This document shows, piece after piece, positions 18,462-28,103 of a stretch of DNA of 64,000 nt (within the stretch, counting starts at the first letter, position 1; each line of letters begins with the position of its first letter). The notes under the pieces were generated by a model. The model did no database searches and had not been told where the DNA came from. It saw only the letters and a list, made by a program, of their open reading frames with translations. The position numbers and the translations under genes are program-made. This DNA comes from an uncultured Peptococcaceae bacterium (GTDB taxonomy: Bacteria > Bacillota > Dehalobacteriia > UBA4068): assembly GCA_964372025.1 (NCBI GenBank), contig CAYJPF010000003.1:3334-67333 (forward strand). The letters are read 5' to 3'.

Positions 18462-20312
18462 TTGAAGATAGGTACAACGCCGACTATATTGATTTCTATT
18501 CCCGAAGTGGTGGAATACGAAAGTCTATTCGTGACATTTAAAGGTACAGAGGGTAGTGTTACTTTTGAGAATCCCGAAAAGATTGAGGAGGATTTTCATT
18601 GTAAGTTTACCCAGTCTCAAACTCAAACCCTCGGAGTGGGATACGTAGATATTGAAGCGCAGATAGTTTTCTCAAATAAATCTACAGCTAAGACAGTTCT
18701 TGCGAGGATTTATAACGAGAAATCTATACACACTCACTCAGTAACTGGAGTAGGTGGAGTGCCGGAAACGGAAACTTTTTCACTCGCAGTAGCAGGCGAA
18801 ATTGTGTACTCTGGAGAAGGCGGAGCTGGCACTACAAACCATGCTGCGTTGGAAAATCTGGACTACCTTAACAGTGGGCACACAGGCTTTCAATCAGCTT
18901 TAACACAAGAACAGCTTGACAATATCTCGGATATATCAGGGTTCATCGTAGACAGTACGTACAACCAGACTACAGGCGTACTGACGCTGACAAAGCAAGA
19001 CGGTTCAACAATCACAATAGACCTACCTGTAGAAAATATAATCTCGTCCGGGAGTTTTGACACTACAACAAACGAAATAGTGTTGGAACTTGTATCAGGC
19101 GAAGAGATACGCATACCGGCAAGCTCTTTGGTGGATACGTATACAGGTGGTGAAACCGTAACCGTCAGCGTTGCAGTCAACGAAGGTGTTATTACAGCTA
19201 CAGTTAAAAGCGGTAGCATTACTAACTCACATCTCAGTGCGGAACTAAGTGCTTCCTTAAATGAACTGACCTTAGCGATGCACAGTCACGCAAACAAAGC
19301 TTTGCTGGACAGTCTCACTCAAGCTATGGTTGATAAGATAGCCGAGATAGATGACAAAGCAGACGCAAGTGATATCCCTACCGTTCTACCCAGCCCTGCA
19401 TCTATTAAATTTACAGGCGCATCTACTGCAACATACGATGGTAGTGTTGCGGTGACCGTTAACATCCCCGAAGCGTCAGGGCCTGTTACAACTAACCATG
19501 CAAGCCTACAAAACCTTGATTACGCTAATAGCAACCATACAGGATTTCAAGCTTCTTTAAGTTCAGGACAATTAGCAAACATTGCTGCCGTTCCTGACAA
19601 AGCATCTCAAACAGATTTAGAAGCCGTTAGAACAACAGCAAATAGTGCAATCCAAGAAGAGACAGACCCTACTGTCCCCGCATGGGCTAAGGCGAGTTCT
19701 AAACCGTCATATACTGCTACCGAAGTTGGAGCACTTCCTGCCTCGACAACAATCCCTACTAACACAAATCAACTTACTAACGGCAGTGGGTTTATTAACC
19801 AAACAGACGGAGATGCTCGCTACGAACGCATAATAGCAACCAAAAATACAGCCTTTAACAAAAACTTTGGTAGTAGTGCAGGAACAGTTGTCGAGGGAAA
19901 TCGAGTGCTAACAGATGTCCCAGTTGGTGCTGTATTTACTGATACCGTTTACGATGATACCCCCCTATCACAAGAGATAGCTCGTATTGCGGGTGAGATG
20001 GACGGCAAGGAGGACATCACAACCACAAGGACTATCACTGCTTCTACCGCTGCTACAGGTGTTGCACTTGTAGACAACGAAGACGTGACTATCAGTGCTA
20101 TAACAACGTCAATCAACGTCACCGCAAGTGAAGGCACAGGCACTATATCCCTCGTAGCAGGCGCAACACTAAGCGTAACGCTCCCTAGTGGCCAAGGCTT
20201 TGCCGGTCTCACACCTACAAGCGGCACTACGTACGAGCTCGAAATTACCGAAGGCTTAATTTACAACATGGTATATTTCAAAGGTACATACTATATAGAC
20301 GGGGGTAGGTAG
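18462..20312 (+). CDS. fibre-like protein with internal duplication (616 aa), TTG start
   Basis: S/T-rich; two copies of TNHAxLxNLDYxNSxHTGFQ...L.NI motif around aa 125 and 340; beta-rich composition typical of phage fibres. Confidence 0.55.
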   Translation: MKIGTTPTILISIPEVVEYESLFVTFKGTEGSVTFENPEKIEEDFHCKFTQSQTQTLGVGYVDIEAQIVFSNKSTAKTVLARIYNEKSIHTHSVTGVGGVPETETFSLAVAGEIVYSGEGGAGTTNHAALENLDYLNSGHTGFQSALTQEQLDNISDISGFIVDSTYNQTTGVLTLTKQDGSTITIDLPVENIISSGSFDTTTNEIVLELVSGEEIRIPASSLVDTYTGGETVTVSVAVNEGVITATVKSGSITNSHLSAELSASLNELTLAMHSHANKALLDSLTQAMVDKIAEIDDKADASDIPTVLPSPASIKFTGASTATYDGSVAVTVNIPEASGPVTTNHASLQNLDYANSNHTGFQASLSSGQLANIAAVPDKASQTDLEAVRTTANSAIQEETDPTVPAWAKASSKPSYTATEVGALPASTTIPTNTNQLTNGSGFINQTDGDARYERIIATKNTAFNKNFGSSAGTVVEGNRVLTDVPVGAVFTDTVYDDTPLSQEIARIAGEMDGKEDITTTRTITASTAATGVALVDNEDVTISAITTSINVTASEGTGTISLVAGATLSVTLPSGQGFAGLTPTSGTTYELEITEGLIYNMVYFKGTYYIDGGR

Positions 20313-20313
20313 C

Positions 20314-20892
20314 ATGAGCAGAGCAGCAATGTTGCTTAAACAAGGGATTGTTATGAGTGGCAAGAAAAGCGGAGGCAGTTGTTATATAGAATATGAAACC
20401 GACAATCAGGTACAAACGCGTGTAGAATTTTTAAGCACGATTGAAATGCGCGAATGGTTGGATACATACGGCAGTAGTGTGTTTGGCTCAATAAAAGTAG
20501 CAAATAATCACAATGCAGAAAAACGCACAAACTTTGAATTGATGTTTGCGTACATGCCTAATGTTACAACCATCGACCTTAGCGAGTTTAATTTGGATGG
20601 GGCTATAAGTATAAAAAACATGTTTCGAGAGAACATTAGTCTTACGAGTTTATATGTAGCTATAAACGACACTTCCGAATTACACAACATATCATATATG
20701 TGTTGGAAGTGTTCTTCACTTAAAAATATTGACTTTTCCGGTTCAGACTTGATGCAAGTTGGAGACACTCGATACGCCTTTAATGGGTGTACATCCGTTT
20801 TAACGGCTTACGCTAAAAATAACGCCGATGTCGCTAAACTAAACACCTCGACATCCAAACCAGTTACGTGGAACTTCGTAGTCAAACCTTAA
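20314..20892 (+). CDS. BspA-type leucine-rich-repeat protein
   Basis: Repeats F..M.NVTTIDLS / F.EN.SLTSLYV / CSSLKNIDFS / FNGCTSV characteristic of the LRR_5 (BspA) family. Confidence 0.6.
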   Translation: MSRAAMLLKQGIVMSGKKSGGSCYIEYETDNQVQTRVEFLSTIEMREWLDTYGSSVFGSIKVANNHNAEKRTNFELMFAYMPNVTTIDLSEFNLDGAISIKNMFRENISLTSLYVAINDTSELHNISYMCWKCSSLKNIDFSGSDLMQVGDTRYAFNGCTSVLTAYAKNNADVAKLNTSTSKPVTWNFVVKP

Positions 20893-20904
20893 GGAGGCAA
20901 CCAA

Positions 20905-21612
20905 ATGAAATACGGAAAAATAATAAGCGGTGAACTGGTGCTCGTAGACCCTACCAAGGCAGAACTAACCGAAGAGGGTATCTATACCAGAGTACCTAAG
21001 ACCGCAGAGGAGCTTGACGGAGCTAAACCCGTAGTCTATGGGGAATACCCCTCGGCTACTATATATCAGACAGTGGACAGGGTTTATAATGATGGTGCAG
21101 AAAATATTGCCGTTGACTACACTGTAACTGACAAAACAGCAGAGGAAGTTGCTGAAATAGATAGAAGTATTTGGGCTTCAGACGCAATCCAAATATTTGT
21201 TTCCGCTGAACTTGGTGAAGAAGTGCCCGAAGAGCAGTACGAAGTAGCTGTAGAAGAAATCATTAAGCAACAACGAAATAAGCTTACAAGCCCGCCTGTG
21301 CAGGGTGCAGCGTACAGCGAGACCAAGAACTACATCACCGGTGATACTATGCTCTTTACAGACGGCAATACTTACATGTCGTTGAAACACAATAGGGGCA
21401 TGTCACCTATAGACTATCCCGAAAGATGGCTGAACACTACGGTGCAGGGCAATCCTAATTGGGAAGATGACCCGATAGATTTCTACTACCTTGAGGGAGA
21501 TATTCGTGACTACGAAGGTCTAACTTATACCTGTAAAAATCCGCATAGCAAGAATGAGTTAAACTACCCGACATCTCAGAATGGTAAGCAAAACTGGAGA
21601 GTGCAGGTTTAA
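20905..21612 (+). CDS. protein with C-terminal tandem CBM5/12-like carbohydrate-binding repeats
   Basis: AYSETKNYITGDTMLFTDGNTYM and DFYYLEGDIRDYEGLTYTCKNPHSKNEL; paralogous to C-terminus of minus-strand ORF 34724-35206. Confidence 0.5.
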   Translation: MKYGKIISGELVLVDPTKAELTEEGIYTRVPKTAEELDGAKPVVYGEYPSATIYQTVDRVYNDGAENIAVDYTVTDKTAEEVAEIDRSIWASDAIQIFVSAELGEEVPEEQYEVAVEEIIKQQRNKLTSPPVQGAAYSETKNYITGDTMLFTDGNTYMSLKHNRGMSPIDYPERWLNTTVQGNPNWEDDPIDFYYLEGDIRDYEGLTYTCKNPHSKNELNYPTSQNGKQNWRVQV

Positions 21613-21613
21613 C

Positions 21614-22015
21614 ATGTTAAAAAAGAAAAAGAAACTGCCTATAATAGACAGTTTATTTAAAGAGTATACTGAAGCTGAGCTTAATGACATCCTTAAAGAC
21701 CTAAGCAATGAAGACAAGGCTAAGTTCTTAGGTATGGTTCAGTCAAACGCAATCAGTAATGGTATGCTTAGAGCTTACCCAGAGGTTATCCTTGCAGGAC
21801 AAGAGAGCGCTTTCATTTTACTCTACGAACGTTTTGTCAAACCTATGGTAGACGCAGACGAACGAATTAAGCGTGGCCTGACGGTAGACGAATTAAGCGA
21901 ACAGCTTATAACTCTTATAACCGTTAGAGCAGAAGAAGGCGTAGAGCGCAGAGAAAAGATGAAGGAGTACATCAAGAAACGCTCCGAAGGCAAGACAGTC
22001 GAAGATGTAATATAG
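21614..22015 (+). CDS. hypothetical helical protein
   Basis: ATG at 21614; last plus-strand gene before convergent terminator. Confidence 0.45.
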   Translation: MLKKKKKLPIIDSLFKEYTEAELNDILKDLSNEDKAKFLGMVQSNAISNGMLRAYPEVILAGQESAFILLYERFVKPMVDADERIKRGLTVDELSEQLITLITVRAEEGVERREKMKEYIKKRSEGKTVEDVI

Positions 22016-22019
22016 CAAA

Positions 22020-22046
22020 AGGAGAGGATAAATCCTCTCCTTTTTT
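22020..22046. terminator. bidirectional rho-independent terminator
   Basis: GGAGAGGAT-aa-ATCCTCTCC perfect 9-bp hairpin followed by TTTTTT on plus and preceded by AAAAG. Confidence 0.6.
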
Positions 22047-22667
22047 CTATGGCGTGTCATTCAAGTCAGCTACTATCCAGTTTAAATAACTTGCGTACAC
22101 TGTGCCACCTACAAATACGCTTGGAGAGCGACTTCCCGAACCCGACAAGGCACTTATAGCCGTCCTTGCTTGATTGTACATGGCAGCAGTGAAGTCATTG
22201 CCCGAGTACGCTGTGCTAAAGCTATAGTTGCTAAGCCCTTGGTAAGCTCTAAACTCATTGATACGAGAAGTGAACAAGTTCCATTCGTAAGCCGATAGAT
22301 TAAAATTGTTGCCCGAAACCTTAGCGGTGACCCATGAAAAATCATCAGGTCTTGGCTCGTAAGGTTCTTCGTCAGCCCTAAACTCTTGAGCACCTATCCA
22401 GTCAAACGAAAGTTCGTCATCAGAAGCAGAAGCAACATTTATTGTGTACCATTCATCTGGGTAAGGGAAAGTTATGTTTTGCTCAAACGATAAAGTAGAA
22501 GAAGATACAGTCGTAATACGGTCACGTATAGTTTCGCCTGTGCCATCACTTTCTCTACCTGTTCTTAAGAAAATGCGATACTTGGTAAAATTACTGTCTG
22601 TTGTAACTTCAATCCTAACGCTGTTATGGTCAAAACTTAGTATGTCGAATGAAGCAGTTGTAGCCAT
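22047..22667 (-). CDS. structural protein, FN3/Ig-like (206 aa)
   Basis: last gene of tail operon; AGGTGG RBS; S/T-rich beta composition. Confidence 0.5.
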   Translation of the reverse strand: MATTASFDILSFDHNSVRIEVTTDSNFTKYRIFLRTGRESDGTGETIRDRITTVSSSTLSFEQNITFPYPDEWYTINVASASDDELSFDWIGAQEFRADEEPYEPRPDDFSWVTAKVSGNNFNLSAYEWNLFTSRINEFRAYQGLSNYSFSTAYSGNDFTAAMYNQARTAISALSGSGSRSPSVFVGGTVYASYLNWIVADLNDTP

Positions 22668-22678
22668 TTAAACACCAC

Positions 22679-24622
22679 CTATCCAAACTTAGCAGTAACA
22701 CCGGTAACATTAGCAGAGCTAAAGTCCACGCTACCATAAAATATAGTAGAATGAGTGCTGTGCCCCACATCCCCCGGTCTTCTGCCTACATACAAGTTTC
22801 CGCTTCCCAATGAATGGGCACTAATGTATAAGCTGGAATTAGCGTCGAGACTAATGTTACCCTCGCTGGATAGTCGTATGTCTCCTAATTGGTTCCAGAA
22901 TTTTAAGTCAGCATTTACAGCCGACAGAACAGCTTCGTTATTAGCGTTATCTATTTCAAAATGCATCTTAGAGTCGTTGTCTATACCACCCATCTCGACA
23001 CCGTTATCAGAGACAACAAGATACCCTTGACCGAACATCATATCAGTATAGTCGTTAGCATCGCTTTCAGCAGCGTTAGCATACCCTCTGGCATCACTAC
23101 GTACCGCAGAAGCCGATAGCGTTATCTCTGACCCTAACTCACTGGATACTTGTGTAATGCGGCTCTCTGTGTCTATAAATCCTTGTGCTGTCTCTGCTTG
23201 GTACTGAGTGACTAAAGAGATGGTAGCATAAGTAGCGTCTGCGTATGTGTAGATGTTCGCTATAGAGACAACTGTGTCGGACATGTACTGACTAAGGGTA
23301 ACGTACCCGCCGTCAGTCTTGATATGCACATCATCGCCTTCGTAACTACCGTTCCAATCGAACTTAGGATTATCTACCGTTGAGTTGTCATAGGCAAGCT
23401 TGAACATCTCGACGACGTTAATTAGCTTATCACCTATCAATACTGTAGCTTCAGACATATTCCACACATCGTAAGACCAATCGATAACGCGTAGTTCTTT
23501 TACCTCTAACTCAGAGCCGTCTGTAGAACGAGCGTACACTCTAACGATATCTCCTATCTGGAAAGTCTCGTGAGCATAGTCAGGTTCTTCTCTACGGTCG
23601 TACAGTTGTACACTGTAGTTTTCTTTAGGCTTGCACCTATCTCTTAGTTCTCGCTGTCCCCAATACTTGAGCTGTGTCTGACCGCTGGTAGATGCAGCAC
23701 CTGTGTACTTAATGTTAGGGTTAACGAGATACCCCTCGTACACTTCGTCTGTATAGGAATAGTTCTCGAGGTAAGTCTTGTCGTTGTTTACAGCTTTAAT
23801 GTTTAGGTTTCCGTCTCCTAAGATGTAAGCCTTAGTGACTATGTTGTTGTCTACGGTGATTACAGGCTCAGCAAGCATGTTTTTACCGTACCGTACATCG
23901 TACCCTACCCACGTATTAAAGTCCGTCCCTATCTTGTCTGCGTCTCTTAGAGATACAGTCTTGGCTATACTATCATAAACAAGTACGCCTCCCCATAGAG
24001 TGCGTATATTTTTTATGTTTGTAAGCACATCTTTCATGTCGCTTTCTAAGTTGAAAACACCGTAATCTTCGTCAGGGTCAAATCCATCCACGAGAACATC
24101 ACAAACACCCAAAGACCAACCAAAGCGATTACCTTTAAGCACAGCCCATAGAGCATATCCTGCGCTACCTCTGGGCATAGTAATACCACGACCATCTTTA
24201 ACTTCGCTGTCATTATACTCAACGCCATTGACTGTAAGCTTATTGGTAGTGGGAGATTTAGGCAGTATCTTGACTGTGTGTTCGTCCATAGCCTCTACTT
24301 CTAAGTCCACATTATGCGCTTGAACATAAGTATTGGCAAGCTCATACCACTTTTCTACCAATATAACAGTGATAGTATCACCCTCATAGCGTACGGCTTC
24401 AGTGCTAAGAGCTTTATATATGCGTCCATTAACATGCCATTCATTACGTAAGTCTTTAACGTCTGCCCACTTCTTGCTGTCACGCAATATAGTAAAGGTA
24501 AAGGTGCTCTCACCATCTAACTGCGTATGAACAATAGGATTTATAATACTACCTTGTGCTACTGCTCCATTGGCAGGTTTATTAAAGACAGCTACTCTGT
24601 GCCCGTCTTTATCAAAAACTTG
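22679..24622 (-). CDS. tail-associated (Tal-like) minor structural protein, GTG start
   Basis: N-terminus VAIQVFDKDGHRVAVF...WHVNGRIYKALSTEA resembles the phage minor structural protein N-terminal region; GAAAGGAG RBS before GTG at 24622. Confidence 0.6.
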   Translation of the reverse strand, partial: QVFDKDGHRVAVFNKPANGAVAQGSIINPIVHTQLDGESTFTFTILRDSKKWADVKDLRNEWHVNGRIYKALSTEAVRYEGDTITVILVEKWYELANTYVQAHNVDLEVEAMDEHTVKILPKSPTTNKLTVNGVEYNDSEVKDGRGITMPRGSAGYALWAVLKGNRFGWSLGVCDVLVDGFDPDEDYGVFNLESDMKDVLTNIKNIRTLWGGVLVYDSIAKTVSLRDADKIGTDFNTWVGYDVRYGKNMLAEPVITVDNNIVTKAYILGDGNLNIKAVNNDKTYLENYSYTDEVYEGYLVNPNIKYTGAASTSGQTQLKYWGQRELRDRCKPKENYSVQLYDRREEPDYAHETFQIGDIVRVYARSTDGSELEVKELRVIDWSYDVWNMSEATVLIGDKLINVVEMFKLAYDNSTVDNPKFDWNGSYEGDDVHIKTDGGYVTLSQYMSDTVVSIANIYTYADATYATISLVTQYQAETAQGFIDTESRITQVSSELGSEITLSASAVRSDARGYANAAESDANDYTDMMFGQGYLVVSDNGVEMGGIDNDSKMHFEIDNANNEAVLSAVNADLKFWNQLGDIRLSSEGNISLDANSSLYISAHSLGSGNLYVGRRPGDVGHSTHSTIFYGSVDFSSANVTGVTAKFG

Positions 24623-24644
24623 TATAGCCACTTTAATTCTCCTT

Positions 24645-25439
24645 TCAATACAGCTCGTCTGATTTCCAAAGGAACATCGGATTATACTGCACAAGCATGT
24701 TTGCTTCAGTCTCAGCGTTGAGAGCAGTCACAGCATAACTCTTAGTCTTGGATATCTTAGTAAAGAGATACCCTTTGCTCAGATAACGCATAGCATTAAT
24801 CTGACTGCCATCTATGCCTAATAGGTAACACCTGTCCTCTACAGCGTCTATAACAAGCGAATAGCCTGTGGGTACAGTACTATCCCACTTGAACTCAACA
24901 TCGCCTACAGTGAAATTAGGAGTTACTACGCCTTCTCCTATCGTTGCTGTAAAGCCTATATCAGCATGACCCTTGTTATCTATCATGCCGTTGCCGTGGA
25001 AGGCTACAGGGGCAACCAACGTTCCATATGGTTGTGTCTCAAACGGTATAGACACCTTAATCATGTTGTATTCGTCAAGTATCTCAGCAGACCCGGAATA
25101 TTTCACCTTAAACATAATACCGGCCTTAGTAAACACAAAGTTTTGATACTTGTCTTTAGTACTGTCGAGAGCAAACACTAAGTCGCGTTTAATCTTTTCC
25201 CTTTGCTCGAATGTTCGCCCTGCATACGACACAGCAACTACAGAGAATACCCTGTTCAAGTACTTAGTATCCTTGACTATTTCGCCATCTACACCGGGGA
25301 TATTAACGATAACATTCTCAGCAACTGGGATAGCAGGGAAGTTAGTTTCATCTGTGTTGACAATCAAACCAAAAGGCATAAAGTATATCCTCGGGTCTGT
25401 ATCTCCCACTCTGCCTATAGTAAAGTTAAAATCACTCAT
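24645..25439 (-). CDS. distal tail protein (Dit)-like, siphovirus tail family
   Basis: MSDFNFTIGRVGDTDPRIYFMPFGL...IPGVDGEIV pattern; paralog of adjacent gene. Confidence 0.6.
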   Translation of the reverse strand: MSDFNFTIGRVGDTDPRIYFMPFGLIVNTDETNFPAIPVAENVIVNIPGVDGEIVKDTKYLNRVFSVVAVSYAGRTFEQREKIKRDLVFALDSTKDKYQNFVFTKAGIMFKVKYSGSAEILDEYNMIKVSIPFETQPYGTLVAPVAFHGNGMIDNKGHADIGFTATIGEGVVTPNFTVGDVEFKWDSTVPTGYSLVIDAVEDRCYLLGIDGSQINAMRYLSKGYLFTKISKTKSYAVTALNAETEANMLVQYNPMFLWKSDELY

Positions 25440-26590
25440 TCAGAAAACTCCTTTCCCCACAAATACATTGGGCTATAATCAGTGACTATACTTGCCAAAG
25501 TGCTTGAGTTGAGGCAAGTAAGCTTTGCACTCTCGTTAAGATTAAGCTTAAAGAACTCTCCGCCTTTAGTTAAATCAGTTATAGCGTTAATTCTATTTCC
25601 AAAACCGTCAATCAGATAGCATATGGATTTGTCTGCATCTATGATAAGCTTATAGCCTTCAGGCACAGTGCCTTCCCACAGAAACTCCAGCGTGCCTACA
25701 GTAAAGTTAGGATTAACACATCCAGCGGACAGGGTGAATATAGCGCCTATAGGCTTAGCGCCTGTATTAGTAATAGTGCCATCTCCGTAGAACTGTTCAG
25801 AGAACAATGTCTTGCCGTAGGGTGAAACTTCAAAAGGCACTGTAGCTCTCAACCAGCCATGTCCCTCACGAACCTCAGCACCGCCTGAGTACTTAACATC
25901 AAAGGTCATGTCGTTCTCTTGGATAGACAACTGCTGGCTCTCATTGCGTGTCCTGTCCAGCAACTCAGCGATGTGAGATTTCATTTCATTTAGCTGAGTA
26001 ACGCTTAGTCCTTGCATTGAGTAAGAGACAATATTAAAGAAACGATTAGTGTACAAAGTATCCTTAATCACTGTGCCATCAACGTTTGGAAGGTCGATAT
26101 AAGTACTTTCTGTAGAGGGCATAATCTGTATCTCGCTCTCTACAGGTGAAAGGAAAGTGTCGAAAGGCATGAACCACTTTTTGCGTGGGTCTCTATCCTC
26201 TGCACCACCAATATAAAAGTCGCTCTCAGCTACTCTGGGAATACCATCAGTAATTTCTACGCTATCAGACACAGGGATATGAGCAAAGGTACTCAAAACG
26301 TCACTTATGCCTATATCGTCTAAAATATCAAGAAACGCTGCAACTGAAGTACCATCTTGCATGTTTATTTGGTCGAACACATCTAATCGTGCTTCAGCAA
26401 GGCGTGTAGCATCGTCAACAATGACACTATCGCCGAATAAGTTAAGCACTTCCTGCAAGCCTATAGCGTCAGAAACATTGATAGTGTCGATTATGCTAAC
26501 CAAATAAGTAATAACTGCTCCATTGTAGGTCAACGCTCCTTCATAGCCATGCGCATTATAACGAGCGTTTTTGTTATAAATGTTGCTCAA
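25436..26590 (-). CDS. Dit-like paralog with about 130-aa N-terminal extension, TTG start
   Basis: Core ESDFYIGGAEDRDPRKKWFMPF...LPNVDGTVIKDT...PMYLW collinear with 24645-25439; AGGAGG 7 nt upstream of TTG at 26590. Confidence 0.55.
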   Translation of the reverse strand: MSNIYNKNARYNAHGYEGALTYNGAVITYLVSIIDTINVSDAIGLQEVLNLFGDSVIVDDATRLAEARLDVFDQINMQDGTSVAAFLDILDDIGISDVLSTFAHIPVSDSVEITDGIPRVAESDFYIGGAEDRDPRKKWFMPFDTFLSPVESEIQIMPSTESTYIDLPNVDGTVIKDTLYTNRFFNIVSYSMQGLSVTQLNEMKSHIAELLDRTRNESQQLSIQENDMTFDVKYSGGAEVREGHGWLRATVPFEVSPYGKTLFSEQFYGDGTITNTGAKPIGAIFTLSAGCVNPNFTVGTLEFLWEGTVPEGYKLIIDADKSICYLIDGFGNRINAITDLTKGGEFFKLNLNESAKLTCLNSSTLASIVTDYSPMYLWGKEFSE

Positions 26591-26597
26591 AAAAAGA

Positions 26598-26628
26598 CCT
26601 CCTAAAAAGAAAAGGGGCAAGCGCCCCT
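26598..26628 (-). terminator. rho-independent terminator (minus strand)
   Basis: GGGGCgcttGCCCC hairpin followed by TTTTCTTTTT on minus strand, immediately after stop of 26633 gene. Confidence 0.55.
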
Positions 26629-26632
26629 CGTC

Positions 26633-28039
26633 TTATATTCTTTCGTATAGATAATACCGCGGGCTTCTGTTTGCACAATCAAGTTCCAACGCTTCCCAAG
26701 AAGTATAGAAGTAATCTCCATTGATTTGCACGTATTTAGAACGATACGAAGAGTCGAACTTCCCGTCATACATATAAGCATCAGCACCCATCACAGTGTC
26801 GTTAATCATAGCCGCAAGGAAGATGTAATGCCCTCCGGTAGAAAAGATGCCGGTGTGACCAGACCTATCTCCACCTACATTAGCAATAACAGCTCCACCG
26901 CGCTTCAGAACCAACTCAGCTTCTTGCCAATCGCTTGTAGTCTGATAATCAACATCCCACTCGTCAGCTACTGCTTCAGAAAGCGTCTTCATGTTTGTTC
27001 CACCTGACACTCTTGCACCACACTCTAAAGCCAGCTCAACCATGCCCTCAACATCTACATTAAAACCCAAGCGAGACAGTACCATAGCCATAGAAGTAGG
27101 GCCACAACCACCGGATGCAACAGTTGCACTCTCGTAGCCCGGTGCAGGGTAAGGCATATTAGGGTAATCTCTTTGATTGAATACAGTAATGTCAGGCTTG
27201 AACTTACTTAAGCTTAACACAAAAGCAGCTCTGTAACCACTGGAAGTAGGATAGTAAATCCTTATTAGTCCATTGATAGTGACATCTCCGATAGCACATA
27301 CGTCACCTTCGGAAATATACCTTCCGCTCTCTATCAATCCAGCTTCGGTGTAAACAGACTGTTTCTCCGTTGAAACTAAAGTTACTTCTTGGTAGTACTC
27401 TGTATCTTCGGGCGGATGCGGCTCTGGTTGTTCTTCGGGCTCAGGCTCTACTATTGCAGGCGCATCATCATAAGCAACAACAGCGTTATATAGATAGTCC
27501 CTTGTGCTGGTGTCATGCCATTCACCTTCAAACAATAAGTACCTGCTTCCACCACCATCGTGATTAGACATGCTTACCATACCTGCGGACATAGCCTTAT
27601 TGCTAAATTGTTCTAAAGTGGTACCTTCATCAACCATGATTACATAGCAATCACCGTTAGCATCCATAGCGAAGCCTATACGATTAGGCTGTGAGTTAAA
27701 TGCAGGGTCACTCCAACTGGGAGGAACATACTTGCCATTGACTACGCTGCCTGTGAACCCGGTAAAGTATTCGTTCCAACCTAACCATGGAGTGCCAAAA
27801 CCAAGAGCTCCATCCTTAGTTATCCCCATACCATAACCATTGCCAGAGTCTTTTACTTGCTTGCCATCCTCAATGATTGTGCCAAGCGGAATGTTCCCTG
27901 TTTCTTTAGACCAATGCACAAATGAACCTGAAAACATAATCACAGGTTTTTCTTTTTGAGCGTTGTACCACTCTGTAGGCGTTTTGCCGCCGAGCCTCAC
28001 AACATCCCATCTTAATCCCTTTGGTAGCTTAAACTTTTT
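26633..28039 (-). CDS. two-domain protein: N-terminal phosphodiester-glycosidase-like domain + C-terminal C39-like cysteine peptidase domain (monocistronic moron)
   Basis: C-terminal GGCGPTSMAMVLSRLG ... GHYIFL (Cys/His dyad of Peptidase_C39_2-type); N-terminal assignment tentative; GTG start with AAGGGG RBS. Confidence 0.55.
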   Translation of the reverse strand, partial: KKFKLPKGLRWDVVRLGGKTPTEWYNAQKEKPVIMFSGSFVHWSKETGNIPLGTIIEDGKQVKDSGNGYGMGITKDGALGFGTPWLGWNEYFTGFTGSVVNGKYVPPSWSDPAFNSQPNRIGFAMDANGDCYVIMVDEGTTLEQFSNKAMSAGMVSMSNHDGGGSRYLLFEGEWHDTSTRDYLYNAVVAYDDAPAIVEPEPEEQPEPHPPEDTEYYQEVTLVSTEKQSVYTEAGLIESGRYISEGDVCAIGDVTINGLIRIYYPTSSGYRAAFVLSLSKFKPDITVFNQRDYPNMPYPAPGYESATVASGGCGPTSMAMVLSRLGFNVDVEGMVELALECGARVSGGTNMKTLSEAVADEWDVDYQTTSDWQEAELVLKRGGAVIANVGGDRSGHTGIFSTGGHYIFLAAMINDTVMGADAYMYDGKFDSSYRSKYVQINGDYFYTSWEALELDCANRSPRYYLYERI

Positions 28040-28074
28040 CACGTCAAAACCCCTTTTCAATTTAGTATGACTTT

Positions 28075-28103
28075 AATATACACCTATAAACATAAAATGT
28101 AAA
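28075..28103 (-). promoter_or_regulatory. candidate minus-strand promoter TTTACA-17-TATATT
   Basis: -10 at 28075-28080, -35 at 28098-28103 (reverse complement), about 35 nt upstream of GTG start. Confidence 0.4.
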
